Shown here one piece after another: positions 13,095-25,923 of a DNA stretch of 64,000 bases (position 1 is its first letter; the number at the start of each line of letters is the position of its first letter). The DNA comes from Isurus oxyrinchus (Eukaryota). The DNA lies in the NCBI GenBank assembly GCA_026770705.1, contig JANJGN010000036.1:3968001-4032000 (forward strand), read 5' to 3'. The notes below the pieces were generated by a model. The model worked only from the letters and a program-made list of their open reading frames with translations. It ran no database searches and was not told the origin of the DNA. A program made the translations under genes and the position numbers.

Positions 13095-13440
13095 AGGGAG
13101 AGGGGATCAATCAAATTTGAATCTGTTCACATGGAAGGGGCGAATCAGGCAGAGCTCTATTCAGAGGGTGGGGGAATCAGAAAGGGATCTGTTCACAGGG
13201 AAGGAGTGAATCAGGTAGTGATCAATTCACAGCATGAGGAAGGAAGACTGGGATTTGTTCACAGGGTCGTGGCAAATCAGACAGTGGCCTGTACACAAGG
13301 TGTGACAATCATACAGGGACCCGTTCACCAGGGACGGAGATCAAGACCGGGGTTCAGCTCACAGGGAGCATGATATCAGATAGGGATCGGTTCACAGGGT
13401 GGTGGGAGATCAGGCAGTTATCTGTTCATAGGGATGGGGA
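13095..13440. repeat. Degenerate ~33-bp minisatellite (~10 units)
   Basis: ATCAGnnAGGGATCTGTTCACAGGG-like unit; TGTTCAC-type cores at ~13123, 13157, 13190, 13225, 13256, 13290, 13322, 13356, 13389, 13423. Confidence 0.75.
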
Positions 13441-13564
13441 GTTTTCCGCGGGAAGCTTCGGAGGGAGGAATATCAGGAGGCATTTTCGGGTGGAGGTTAA
13501 TTATCTAGGGAGCAGTTATGGCGGGGGTAATGAAGAATTATCCAGGCGGCCGATTGCTTGGTAT

Positions 13565-14220
13565 GCAGGCAGACACTAGGTATCTCAGCAGGACCTCTCA
13601 AATAGTGTTGGATGGTATCAGATAGCATGTCCCTTCCCCTGTTCACAGCGGGCAAGGTACAGATCAGACACAACCAGCCCGCGCTTGCAAAACTCACAAC
13701 AGAGTGTGCAAAGTTTGATATGATCCCACGATTGGACAACGTTTGCTAAATAATCCTCAGCGTGCAAATATTACACTGATAATCAATTTAAGATTGTCAG
13801 TCCGGCTCATAATGAGGCACGTTTTCATGTTCTGGAAGCTACATACATTTATACACAGGAACCCTTGCAGACAGAAAGAACAAGCACACACTTTGCGCCT
13901 GTTTCAGCTGAACAAAACAAGTGATCACCATTCGTTGGTTTATTCCTCAGTGCAATACCTTGACCAATCAGAGTCAATCTGCCTGTTTTAAATTTAAAAC
14001 TATGCTTGACAGTTAACTGCCAGTCACTATCACTGGTGCATCCTCCATGGCAACGCCCCTACCGACCAGAGCCCACTCGCTAACCATTCAGCATTCTCTT
14101 CTCATTATGTACAGAGCTGTTGCTTCCCCTGACATTGGTATTCCTGCGATTGTCCTGATGAGTGCAAGACGGAACACTTCAACAAAATGTCTTTTTTTTC
14201 AGAGATAGTCAAGTTCTGTG
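13565..14220 (+). mobile_element. Penelope-like retroelement remnant (GIY-YIG endonuclease C-terminus plus terminal repeat region)
   Basis: Translates across stops/frameshifts as RYLSRTSQ..*HVPS..TQPARACKTHN..IGQRLLNNP..YTDNQFKIVSPAHNEARFHVLEATYIYTQEP..CRQKE; hammerhead-like CTGATGAG at 14155. Confidence 0.75.
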
Positions 14221-14929
14221 CTTCGAAACAACTACTCACTCTCATTCGGTACAGTATGTGGAGCTCTACGGTACTTCAATAGACTGACAGCTTGATTGTG
14301 TTTACAGTTCTCATTTCATATCAAACATTTTCAGCTGCCTTGTGTAACTGAGGTCAGATTGACAGCGCAGAACATTATCAGGAGGTCACCTGGATAGGTC
14401 GCCATGTAATAAACAAGGGTCAGATCTACTCATCTTTGAAGAAAATGGTTTTTGACTTTTATTTTTGCTTTCATTTCCTCATCTCCCTAAATCCCACTGA
14501 AACCATGATGTGTGCTAATTGCTCAAATATGTAAGGACAGCCTTTGTATCACATTGACTCAACTGACTACTTCTGATTTACTGGGGTATTCAGGTTAAAC
14601 ATGAGCTGCAAACATAACAGGTCACTTCAAGATGAAGAATAAACTTTTGAAGGATGTCACAGCGGCAATTCATCTTATGCTGCTTCCATTACCAAGTGCA
14701 ATTCACACCCAGGGATGTCACAGTGGTCGGAGGGACTACACAAATCACAATTACTTGGACTCTAGGCACTTGGATTAAATATGCAGAACCAGCAAAGAAC
14801 GGTAGGCCAGACACTAACTTTTAATTCATTTATTCTTTCACAGGATGTCGGCATCGCTGGCTTGGTCAGCACTTATTTCCCATCCCTAATTGACTCTGCT
14901 GGGCACTGTCATAATCACAGACTCAGATA

Positions 14930-15170
14930 TACAGACAACACACACGCTCACACTCCTTCGCTCTCTCTCTCTCTCTCACACGCACACAGGTAGACAACCG
15001 TGCTCTCAGAAATACACGCTCTCTCACACATATAGACGCTTACACAATCACGCTCTCTCTCACTAACACACACACTCTCTGTCACAGCCACAGACACATG
15101 CACTCTCTCATGCACATGCTCTCCCATATAGCCTCACAGGCAAACATTGTCACACAGACACTTACACAAC
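14930..15170. repeat. (CA)/(CT)-rich simple repeat
   Basis: Degenerate ACAC/CTCT runs. Confidence 0.8.
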
Positions 15171-18100
15171 ATTTAGGGTCACAGTGATTGTGGTCATAAT
15201 TCTACCTTAAACCCTCCTCTCCAGCCTCTTTCTCACCTTCAATTCAATTGAATGCAATTGAATCAAACATTAGGAACCTGTAAGCATTTTTAAGATGTTT
15301 ACAGATGACTCCAGGCTTTCTTACAGTTGGAATCTTTCTCTAATCTGTCCACTCGAGATGTTGGTTCACAGATTTTCGCCAGCGAAGATCCTCCTGTGTT
15401 TCCTCCTTGATCTGAAATGTTGAATCTTGTTGAATTCACAACCTAGATAATCAAGCTAACAAAGAATAGATAGTATTTTACTGACCTTATTAACCGCAAT
15501 AATATAGACTGAACCATATAGCAAATATTGAATTAATTCATCAAAGTCCTTTAAGATATAATGTGGGAGATAATTGATAAAGTATGTAATAGGAACAGTG
15601 GCTTCCATAGCAACAAGTTAACAAGCTATTTAAAACAACAATGAAGTTAGCAAGACCATTGCAATGAAAGGAAGGGCTGGCGCTAATTTCCAGGGGAAGT
15701 GAATTGAAAAGCAGGAGAACTATATGAAACCTAAATGTAACCTTGCTTATAGCACACTCAGCATATTGTTGGCACCATGTAGTTAGGGCCTTTAAGGAAA
15801 GGAATAAGAAGGACTACAACCAACACTGGGAAATTAAGAGACGCAGAGTTCAGAGTTAAATGATTGAAAGAAACTAAGAGGAGAAAGGGGGCAAATTTCA
15901 AATGCATGGTGCAGTTTCGTGCACTATCCCACAAATTACCTTCAAGATAAATATCCCGTATGGGACGTCTTGCACCTTAACCCAAAAATGAAGTTTCTGT
16001 AAATTATTCCAACAGGTGAATAAACTCACCTCTTTGGCGTCCTGTCGGGTCCTCTCGCCTCTGTTAGACAGGGGTCACCTGTGTATTAGTGGTTTAAGTA
16101 TAAATTGAAACTTTATACCAGTCTGGATAATGTATAATCAATTACAGAAACACAGAATGATGAATACTCACATGTTCCCCAATAAGCCAAATTTCCCTCC
16201 ACATTGCATTGTTTCCACAACATAAAAATGAATGGACATGGACAATGTACATGACACGACCACCCCCCTTCCCCCACCCCTGCAATGGCAATTTCTACTT
16301 TTTCCCCTGATACAATGTTGCCAATGTTAGACTCATCGTGTGGCTACAGCACAGAAGTAGCCAATTCAGCCGCTTGTGTCCGTGTTGGGTCTCTGAAAGA
16401 GGAACTCCCATGGTCCACCCTCTCCCCAACCCCGCATTTTCCCCTTAGTCCTGGAAATTGTTTTTCTTTCCATATTTTCATAATTATCCAATTTCATCAT
16501 TCCGGACCATTCCACCAATGGCAACAGTTTCTCCCTATCTATTGCCTCCAGACACTTCATGATTTCGAATATCTCATCAAATCTCCTCTCAACCCTCTCT
16601 CCTCCCACGAAAAAGCCCTAGTTTCCCCAAACTAACTTTGGATACGAAGTTCCATATCCTTGGAACCATTCTCAACAATTTTGTCTGCAGCCTCTCTACA
16701 GCCTACACAACATCCCAAAAGTGTGGCGCCTAGAACTAGAACACTACTCCGGCAGAGGCCAAAATCAATATTTTTATGCAGGTTTAGTATAACTTTGTGC
16801 TTTTTTACGGTATGTCCGTATTAATAAAATCCTGAACCAACTGCGTTTTACTAAGTGCTCTATCAAACTATTCAGTAACATTAAATGATTTGAACACGTA
16901 TACAGCCAGACGACCCTGTTCCTGCACCACTTTTACAATCGAACCCTGTATTTAATATTGCCTCTCCTCGTCCTTCCTAACAAAACGGATCGCTTCACGC
17001 TTCTCTGCACCTGTCAGCCCATTCCGCCAACTTGTCCATGTTCCCTGGAATTCTATAACTCTCCTCCTCACAGGTCAGAAAACTTCCAAGTTTTGTGTCA
17101 ATCGCAAAATTTCAAAGTGTACCCTATGCACTCATGTGTAGGTCATTAATATACATCAGGGAAAGCGCGAGTCCTCAAAACCGAGTACTGGGGAACCCCA
17201 ATCCATACTTCCCTGCAGTCCAGTTAATCACCAATAATTGACCTTTTTCATGGGGCCAACCGACCGAAGGGAGGTTTCACAATATCTTGATGATGGGAAA
17301 TGACCCTCTTAACCTCTTGATTTTCACGAATTTGATATTTAATCGGCACAGAAATGTCGGTCAAACTCACCCATTTGGCACACATTCCGCGCCGGACTTT
17401 GCCCTCTCTTGCTCTCTCGAACTGGCTTCGAACAAAAATATCTAGCAGGTTTTAGATCTTGTAAATCCTGCCTCATGTGCCAGAAAATAACATATGCAGA
17501 AAATGGTCGAGCGGTGTTAGAATCAAATTTGAAAGATCATGGGACATGTCAGCCTCTATCATGGGAATCAGTGTTGGGGTTGAACTAGGTTGGACCCAGT
17601 GTTAAATATGTGGGGGATGTTCGGGATAAACTTTTAAAATGGCTCAGTTCCTCACTTTTCACTGTGAGTTCTCCTGTCTCATTCTCTTGAAAGGAGCACC
17701 TGTGATTACGAATTTAAAACTGCGAGAAGGGAATCGCATTAGACAACCAATTATGAAAATGCACCTGATAAACATCGATCCTGACCTGATCGGCCTGTTT
17801 TATGTGTCCCAATTAACAAGAGAATCAACAGGGATCGCCGTCACCATTCAATCAATATTAAGGGTACGAATGCACCATCCTACAGAAACAAAACAATTTG
17901 AAACTGCTGATCAGTAAAATCATTATTTTCTAGGGTTCTGTCATGGGAAACTTGACCCAGTTAAACGTCGGTGCCTCAAACAACCAGTGCGACGGGTCTC
18001 GGCGATTGGACGCACAGAATGAAATAAATGAAGGAATGTTTTTGAATTGAGGTCACTTGGCGGATAGCAGTATCAGGATTGTTCCAAAATGATAATATTT

Positions 18101-18242
18101 CAGAAGGAAAGCATCATACCAATGTCTACCTGGAAACTGAATTGTGCAATCAGAGGATGAACCAATCGACAATGAGGCAGTTCGGCCCATCCTGTCTGTG
18201 CCAGCGCTTTGTGTAAAGAAAACTCAACATGACACGACTTAA

Positions 18243-18431
18243 ACAAAAACAGAATTACCTGGAAAAACTCAGCAGGTCTGGCAGCATCGGCGGAACTGTT
18301 GAAGGGTCATGAGGACTTGAAACGTCAACTCTTTTCTTCTCCGCCGATGCTGCCAGACCTGCTGAGTTTTTCCAGGTAATTCTGTTTTTGTTTTGGATTT
18401 CCTGCATCCGCAGTTTTTTGTTTTTATTTTT
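18243..18431. mobile_element. Penelope-derived inverted-repeat insertion with 14-bp TSD
   Basis: ~54-bp inverted repeat 18241-18294 / 18340-18393; ATGACACGACTTAA at 18229-18242 and 18432-18445. Confidence 0.8.
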
Positions 18432-19439
18432 ATGACACGACTTAACATGGTTCGCTGCCAGTGGAAAAAGTTTCTCCGTATTTACTCTATCAAAACAATT
18501 CATGACTTTGAACATCAGTATTAAGTTTCCTGTTAACCTTTTCTGCCCTAAGGAGAAAAATCCCAGCTTCTCCAATCTCTCTGCATTAACTGAATTCCCT
18601 CATCCCTCGTCCCATTCTCGGCCATTCTCCTTCCGCAGCATCTCCAAGTCCCTTGGCATCTTTAGTTAAGATGGTGTCCAGAATTGGGCCCAATACTCCA
18701 GCTGGGATCTGACCAGGGCATTATAAAGTGCAATTTTGCCTCTTATTTGATTCCTCTGTTAATGAAGCCGTGGTCGCCCTATATCTTTCCCCCGCCACCA
18801 CAACTTGTCCTGCCACCTTCAGGGATTAACATACATACGCAATGTGCCTGATGAATGTGAAACTCGATCAGTTCCTTATTAACCCAATATCACTTCCGTT
18901 TCGTCACACAAGGGTAATGTTAAATCTGACTGCTGATATCACCAACTGATATTAAAATTAGCTGGAGTTTACCAGGAAAATGGAGATTGATAAGAGAGAT
19001 TCCGGGAAATGAGGAAGGAGACGGGGGGAATTAAGCAAGAGTCACGCCCCTGCAGATACATCGCTTTTCCCAACAACCTCATCTCTTCAGTGTTTTCTGC
19101 TCATAATCCCATTTGTGGGGAACTAAGCTCAAACATGTTTCTCATCCACTGCCTCAAAGGATGGGGAAAGAAGATGAAATAATAACTTCCCTGAGGGAAT
19201 TCGGATTCTTAAATGAATCATGATGACCGGGAACGTGTTACAGGATATTGGAAAAAGGTGGGATTAATTGAATATCCTCTTTCTGTGATGTATCACCCTA
19301 TGATCCGCAGATGTCATACAGGAACTTATGGCGAGCTGAGAATATGTTTGCAAGATAAAGTCTCCCTCTCGGGCAAAGGACATCTCTAATGTATTTCAAA
19401 ACATTGAATGCGCTTTCTACTTAAATGGTAGACTCACAT

Positions 19440-19720
19440 ATACGCATATGTACATAAGTATATATATAAGATATATAGTATTCAGAGACAGGCAAATGTA
19501 TATGCACATATATAAACACACGCACATGCACACATATACACAGATATACACGCACAGACACAGATACACGCAGGCGCACATTTATGTATGAACCGGCATA
19601 AACCCGCGCGCACACGCACATACACTAACACAGACACACACGCATTCACACACAAGCACAAACGCACACACGCACTCCCTCTCACACGTACACACACACC
19701 AACGACCACACACACTCACA
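19440..19720. repeat. (CA)n/(TA)n-rich simple repeat
   Basis: Degenerate CACA/TATA; positional homolog of 53005-53075 behind the B3 C1 exon. Confidence 0.85.
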
Positions 19721-20368
19721 ACAATCTTTATATGTCCATAATTATCTGTTTGTCCCGCGGATATGTTTAATTCGGGCACAGCAGATACTTAGAAACTAGT
19801 GAATTCCTGCAACTGATTATTTGAATTAAAAAAACCTTCCTTGAACAGAACACCAACTGACCTGTCCCTGAACTACTGTTTCAGGGAACGACACGGTCTT
19901 TGTTCAATATTGGTTTGGAGATCCCAGTTGAACAATAAACGTAGAGAGTCGGCCGGTTTTCTGGGTTTCAATCGACACCGCGACGTGTCTTCTGATACTA
20001 TAGGCCCCGACCGCCTCTCTTGTACCGGGATTCTGTAAGTAGAGAGATTATAGTTACATTATCACTGGTTATTGAGAGGTAGGAAGCAGCCGCCTTGAAA
20101 ATTGTCGGGTGCCATTTAAGACCAGTCACATTATTATCTTAAATATTCTTGGTTAGATTAATTCGCCAATTTGATTTTCTTCGCCTTCTAAGACGAACAA
20201 GTAAATAAACTCAAATGATCAGGTAAAATCCCTTCGCCTGGGTCACATTTTCAGCTCATTAAACACTGATTCTGGCTGAGTCCAATTTAAAATTCTCACC
20301 CGCCTCTTACTCAACATAAACTGCAGCACTTTGAAAATGATCATCAGAGATAAATATTCTTTGGACAT

Positions 20369-20640
20369 GTTGACGCGGTGAGTTCTCCGTGTTTTCGTTT
20401 TCACCAGTTTGTTCCTGCAGGCGGAGTGGCCACAGACTGACCTGAGCTAAGTCCCAGTCAATAGCTTCACATTCAGATTCAGTGGAAATTATGACGAGCT
20501 ATGCTGTGGAAAGTATGACACTATTTTGAGTGCGCTGCCCTGGTGAATGCCACATGTATTAGACACACCGGCTGTGCGTCACAGCTGTCAAGTGGCAGAA
20601 TGTTTATAAGTAGATTTATTGGGTTGTCGTTCGGGGGAAG
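20369..20640 (-). promoter_or_regulatory. Conserved B-type 5'/promoter block
   Basis: Alignable with 54248-54540 (TTGACGCGGTGAGTT, CACCAGTTTGTT, CAGACTGACCTGAGCT, TGGAAAGTATGACAC) directly upstream of both B start codons. Function inferred from position only. Confidence 0.45.
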
Positions 20641-22243
20641 TGTTCTCAGAATACTAATTGTATGAATCCGAATATTGCACTTAATGTTTAATGAATTTTG
20701 GGGATGTCAGAGCCGCTGGCGAGGCAAGCATGTATTAACCATCCCTAATTGACTCCTTAGGTGGTGGTGAGGTGGTGGTGGTGAGCCACCTTCTGAAATG
20801 ATGCAGTCCATGTGGTGCAGTTACACCACAGTGTGGTTAGGAAGGGAGTTCCAGGATTTGACCCAGTGACAGTATAGGAATAGCGCTTCTTTTCAAGCCA
20901 GAATAGTGATGATCTTCCCATGTATCTGCTGCCGTTGTACTTGAAGTTTGTAAATGTCGCATGTTTGGAAGTTGAAAGCCCAGAATTGAGATTGTTATCC
21001 CATTGTACTCAGTATAATCTACACTGTAAACAGGTTGTACAAGATTCATGATAAGATCGATTAAGACAGAGACTGGAATAAATTGGCTAAAACTTAGGTG
21101 GATCGATTTGAATTTTAATTAATCGTATCTCATTCTCCATACCGCCAATTACGCAGAGATCTAGAGTGGAATTCTGATGGAACAAACACTGTCACTCACT
21201 GCAATTATAGAGAATCTAAATGAACGAATCTCTTTCGAATTCAGCTCTGCTCCTTAAAGTTTCATCGCATCGCCCTCCTTTCTGTTAATTTTCATTAAGA
21301 AGGTTTTCGATGACTATTCTATAATAAAATCCGCCATTGGTAACTGACCTGAATTCAATGCTTGAGTTCATTGTAGAATTCTATTTATCATTGATTTATG
21401 GATTGACCCTGTGAAGAGGTTTTCAAACAATAATACATGTTGCACTTTGTATTGTGCTCCAAGCGCGTTTACAGCAATTCAATGGAACATTAACTGCAGA
21501 GTTATCATTTTGAAATAGCTGTTAAGTTCCTTTCATGTTAAAGTTTAAAGAGTTACATAGAATTTACATCACAGAAACAGGCCTTTGGGCCCGAATGCTC
21601 GTGCCAATGTTTATGCTCTGCATGAGCCTCCTCCAACCACCTCTTCATCTCAGCCCAGCAACATTTCCTTTATTGATTTCCCCTGCATTTGGATATCCAG
21701 CTTCACACCTAAATGCATCCCTGCAATAGACTCAACTACTCCCAGTTGGAGTGGGTTCCACATTCCCCTCAGTGCCTGGCTAAAGAGGCTTCCAATGAAT
21801 TCACGACTGAATTTATCTCATATTAATGACCCCTTGTTGCAGAGGGCCATAGGAACACAGGAGCAGGTTTGGGCCCTTGAGCGTTTCGAGCCTGCTCCAC
21901 CATTCAATAAGATCATGACCGATCTGGTTTTGGTCTTGACTCCAGTTTCCTGTTTGCTGTCCATAGGCCTTGACTCCCTTGCCGAACGGTCTAACTCGGG
22001 GCCTTGAATAAATTCAAAGACCTAACCGCGATTACTTTCTGGGGAAGATAATTCCACATACTAACGACTCTTAGGGTGAAATAAGTCTCGTCATCTCTGA
22101 CTGAAAATGGAGACCTCTATCTTTGAAATATGCCCTCTAGCTATGGCAACAAAAGGAAACATCCATCGGGTATCCGTCCTATCAAGCCCCATCAGGACCT
22201 TATATGGTTCAATTATTCGGCTTCCATTCCTCTGATCCCCAAT

Positions 22244-22272
22244 GGGAATCCCCGAATTCTCCGGAATTCCCG
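22244..22272. promoter_or_regulatory. Candidate NF-kB-type site(s) upstream of A2
   Basis: GGGAATCCCC (22244-22253) fits GGGRNNYYCC, followed by GGAATTCCC; ~600 bp before the A2 ATG. Motif match only. Confidence 0.25.
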
Positions 22273-22848
22273 GTTGGATTGATTGATAACCAATATTTTT
22301 GAAATCCTGCAGAATCAGAGCAACCTTCCCTACGTCTGCCTAAATAAATCATTTCATAATTTTAAAGACCTCGATCAGATTGCCCCTCAATCTCTGCATG
22401 CACGCCCCTCAAAACCTTTCAGAGAAAAGTGCGCCAGCCGGTTCATTCTTTCGTGATATTTATAAGCTCTCAGTTCTGGTATCATCCTTGAGAAACATTA
22501 ACTGCAGCTTTTCCAGTGTCTCTGTATCTGTATATAGAGAATAATTCTAGAATATGCAGAGCTCTGTTCTGTACTCCAAGTGTGGCCGAACGAATGTGAG
22601 TACATACCAGATGTAGCTTTGAACACAGATGATTCCGTGACAGCACTTTGACCTGTAATAAGCAAAGCAACCACAGAGAGCTTTCTACCTCGGCACCATT
22701 TCCCAACCCCTACCGTGTATCTATGAATAAACACAGAACGCTACTTAGGCTGCATATTTCACACCTCCTTCACACCGAGAGAACGAGAGCGAGTTCTCAG
22801 TGAGTTTCGGATCGGAGTTCAGAGCCTGACCATCTGAAGTCACAGACA

Positions 22849-25201
22849 ATGAGATACCTCGGTGTATGTGCATTGTCCCATCTCTTCCAGGGTAAGATAT
22901 CCTTACATTTTCAGATAGAGTGGAGGAGGGCTGGGGCAGATTAAATAAGGAGAAATTGTTTCCACTGGTAGGAGGGTCGGTAATCACAGGGACACAGATT
23001 GAGGAGAGGAGAGCATTTCAGATAAATCATTAGAGAAAGTTATAATCTTTTGAACAGAATAAAATGCGTAAAGTCAACAGAAGATAAGAAGAAACGAAGG
23101 GTGGATGAGAGAAAAAGCAAAAAATTTGGAAATTTTAGTTTGGAAGAAGCTCTTTTAAGTTATTAACTTCACAGAGTCCTCATATGTGTACCCCAGTGAT
23201 TAAAACAGGTTTGCTGGTGAATGACTTCGTACTGTGCCTTTGGAAAGACCAATGTAAAACAGTGCAAACTATCACTTAACCAGCCCAATTTTAATTGTGC
23301 GCGGGGACCGGTGTGCGATTTTCCAATATAGAGTATTTTGTATAAATGATTCTGCCTCCTCCCTACCGCGGTGTCTTCGCCGCAGGCTGGCTTCGAAGGA
23401 GGGCGTTTGGGGGTGCGGGGTGGCGGGCTGCATCATAACCTGAGATGACTCTTGTTTTTTCTCTCTTGCTCAGTTATTGTGTCTCAGCCTGTCTTGTCCC
23501 AGTCTCCGCCCGTCCAGACGCTCTCTGTGGGGAGCCGTGCTAAACTGAACTGCCACATGGAGAGCTCTAAAGCTGGACACATCTTCTGGTACAGACAGCG
23601 GGAGCGAAATGACATGAAGCTGGTTTACATAGCGCATAAGCGCTTCCCAGCAGTGGGAAGGTTTTCAAGCGAGACTTCTAACAGAGTGGGTTATTATTCA
23701 CTGCTCATTGCGGATACCCGGAGGAACGATTCTGGAATGTATTACTGTGCAAGCCGCAATTACCAGAACATGACTCGAATATTCGGAAATGGCTCCCAGT
23801 TAGTGATTACAGGTGAATTTCATCATTATTTCATTGCAGTGGGCATTTCTATAGCAATTAAAGTATCTTGTTTCAGCTGCTAATGGGGTTTCTGTTTCAT
23901 TTGCCAAATTCAGACGGCTCCCCGAAAATATTCCTCCTCACCCCACCGGTGAATGAGATTCCTTCCATGGAAAGAGTCCCGTTGTTGTGTTTGATCAGAG
24001 GCTTGTCTCCTGATTACTTAGCCGTCCGCTGGAATGTTTCCGGGCAGGATACCGAGGGACAGACCGATTCCGGGACAATTGAGGCAGACGGGACCTACAG
24101 CATCAGGAGTTACACCAGCCTCTCGGTGGAAACTTGGAGCAGCAGCGCTCTCTGTACTTGCACCGTTCAAATCAACTCCAGTGAAAATCTTCTCAGTGCA
24201 AGTATCTCATCTCAGAGAGGTAGCTGCTAACAGTGACCGCTTACCAATCTATTTATTGCTGATGGGAGGCTTTGACAATTTTGTGAATTAGACTTGTCCA
24301 TCTTTCCGTGTGTGTTAATGGATAAAAATTTTGTCATCGGCCTATCATAGCTCTCTCAATCTTTCAGAGTTTAGGTTTCTGAAACTAGAACTCCATTTGT
24401 TCTCTCTACCCCAGAGAGCTATAGATGTCCAGTCACTGAGATAGATGTTTGTAGACTAAGGGAATAAGGGATGCGGACAGTGTGACAATGTGAAGATGAT
24501 GTACATCAATAACCATGATCTTATTGAATGGTGGATCTGCTTGAGGGGCCGAATTATCTCCTGCTCCTATTTCTTGTGATCTTGTGTGTGGCTCAGCACA
24601 GTGTTATGGTTACAAGCCAGTGGATGACTTGTCATTGTGTAAAATTGAATGGTTTAATTACATTGCCAGCGCTCAACTCTTTCTCACCCCACCTGTGTAC
24701 AATTACCTATTCATCTGTCTATCGATTTAACACTCACAATATTTCTGTCTGTCTTAGTTAAACAATGAGGTACAAGATATCCTCTCTATCTATGTGTCTG
24801 TCTATTTATCTGCCTACCTATCTCTCTTGCTCTCTATCAATCAATTAATTTCTGGCCTACTGCAGTGGAAGACATCTGTTTTCTTTTCCTATTTGTATGC
24901 CCGACTGTCTGACTCTCTCTGTCTCTGAACACCTCTCTACAACTTACACTCTCTCCGTGTCTCTCCCAGTTCCTCTCACTGTTTGTCTATCATTTTCTCG
25001 CTGTGTCGCACTCTGTCTTTATCTATTGATGCATTTATTGATCTCTCTATCTCGCTCAGTCTCCCTCTGTTTATCTTGTCTATTTCTATCCCAGTTAAAT
25101 GATGCTTTATAAGACATCTGAGACATTCATCTACCTCCCTATCCCTCGAACTGTCTCCATACCTCTATCTCGCTCTGTTTCTCTCTATCTCCATCTTGCT
25201 A

Positions 25202-25237
<36 letters not shown>

Positions 25238-25883
25238 TCTCTATCTCTTTCTCTATCTATCCTTTTCCAACCTATTATACAGTTGTTTTATTTTCTGCTC
25301 TATCTATCACACTCTCTTCATCTCTCTGTCTCTATCTATCTATTTATCTCTCCATATATCTCTACATCCATCTCTCCGCCCCTGTCTTACCATGTCTCCC
25401 AATACTTCTCTATCAAACTCTCTCTCCTACTTCTCTCCCTTTCTCCCATCTCATCCTCTCTCCTCCACTCTCCCCATCCTTCCCTCTCTCCCCATTTCTC
25501 CACCTCTCTCCTCTTCCTAACACTCTCTGTCTACAACTCTCCCTCTCTCCCCTATAAGATTTCTCCCTCTCTCTCACTCTCTACCCATCTCCCCATCTTC
25601 TCCTCGCTACATAACAGTCCATTTATCCAGGATCTCTCCCTTTCTCCCCAGCTCTCCATTTCTCCCTCTCTCTCCGTTATTTCTGCCATTCTCCCCATCT
25701 TTCCTCTCTCTCTCTCTCTACTCCCTCTTCTCCCCCTTTCCCCTCCTTTCCCCCTTCACTTCTCACCCCCTCCCCAAGTAATTCTCTCTTGTTTTCAACC
25801 TAGTTGAGCAGACTTGTATAAGTGATCTGCACTCTTGATCTCTCTCTGGCTTAACATTTCTGTGCCTTTAGAAGAGCTCTCTA

Positions 25884-25923
<40 letters not shown>

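Larger units (their letters stand above)
15366..20368 (-). pseudogene. psiB2: B-type V(J)-C1 receptor pseudogene
   Basis: Leader 20368-~20314 (MSKEYLSLMIIFKVLQF, donor lost); V start fused to 3' half of C1 (20038-19862, acceptor AG>AC); frameshifted TM 17879-17786; tail exons 17686-17656, 17421-17371, 16078-16030 match B3 tail exons; putative last exon 15455-15366 (less certain). Confidence 0.85.

Noticed and set aside
18848-18872. CTGATGA-ATGT-GAAA hammerhead-like string
   Set aside because: No convincing flanking stems; may be chance.
23474-24219. Rearranging TCR/Ig locus or ordinary germline-joined Ig light chain
   Set aside because: No RSS or separate J seen, V-C intron only ~100 nt, TM lacks the TCR basic residues, and an ITIM tail follows.
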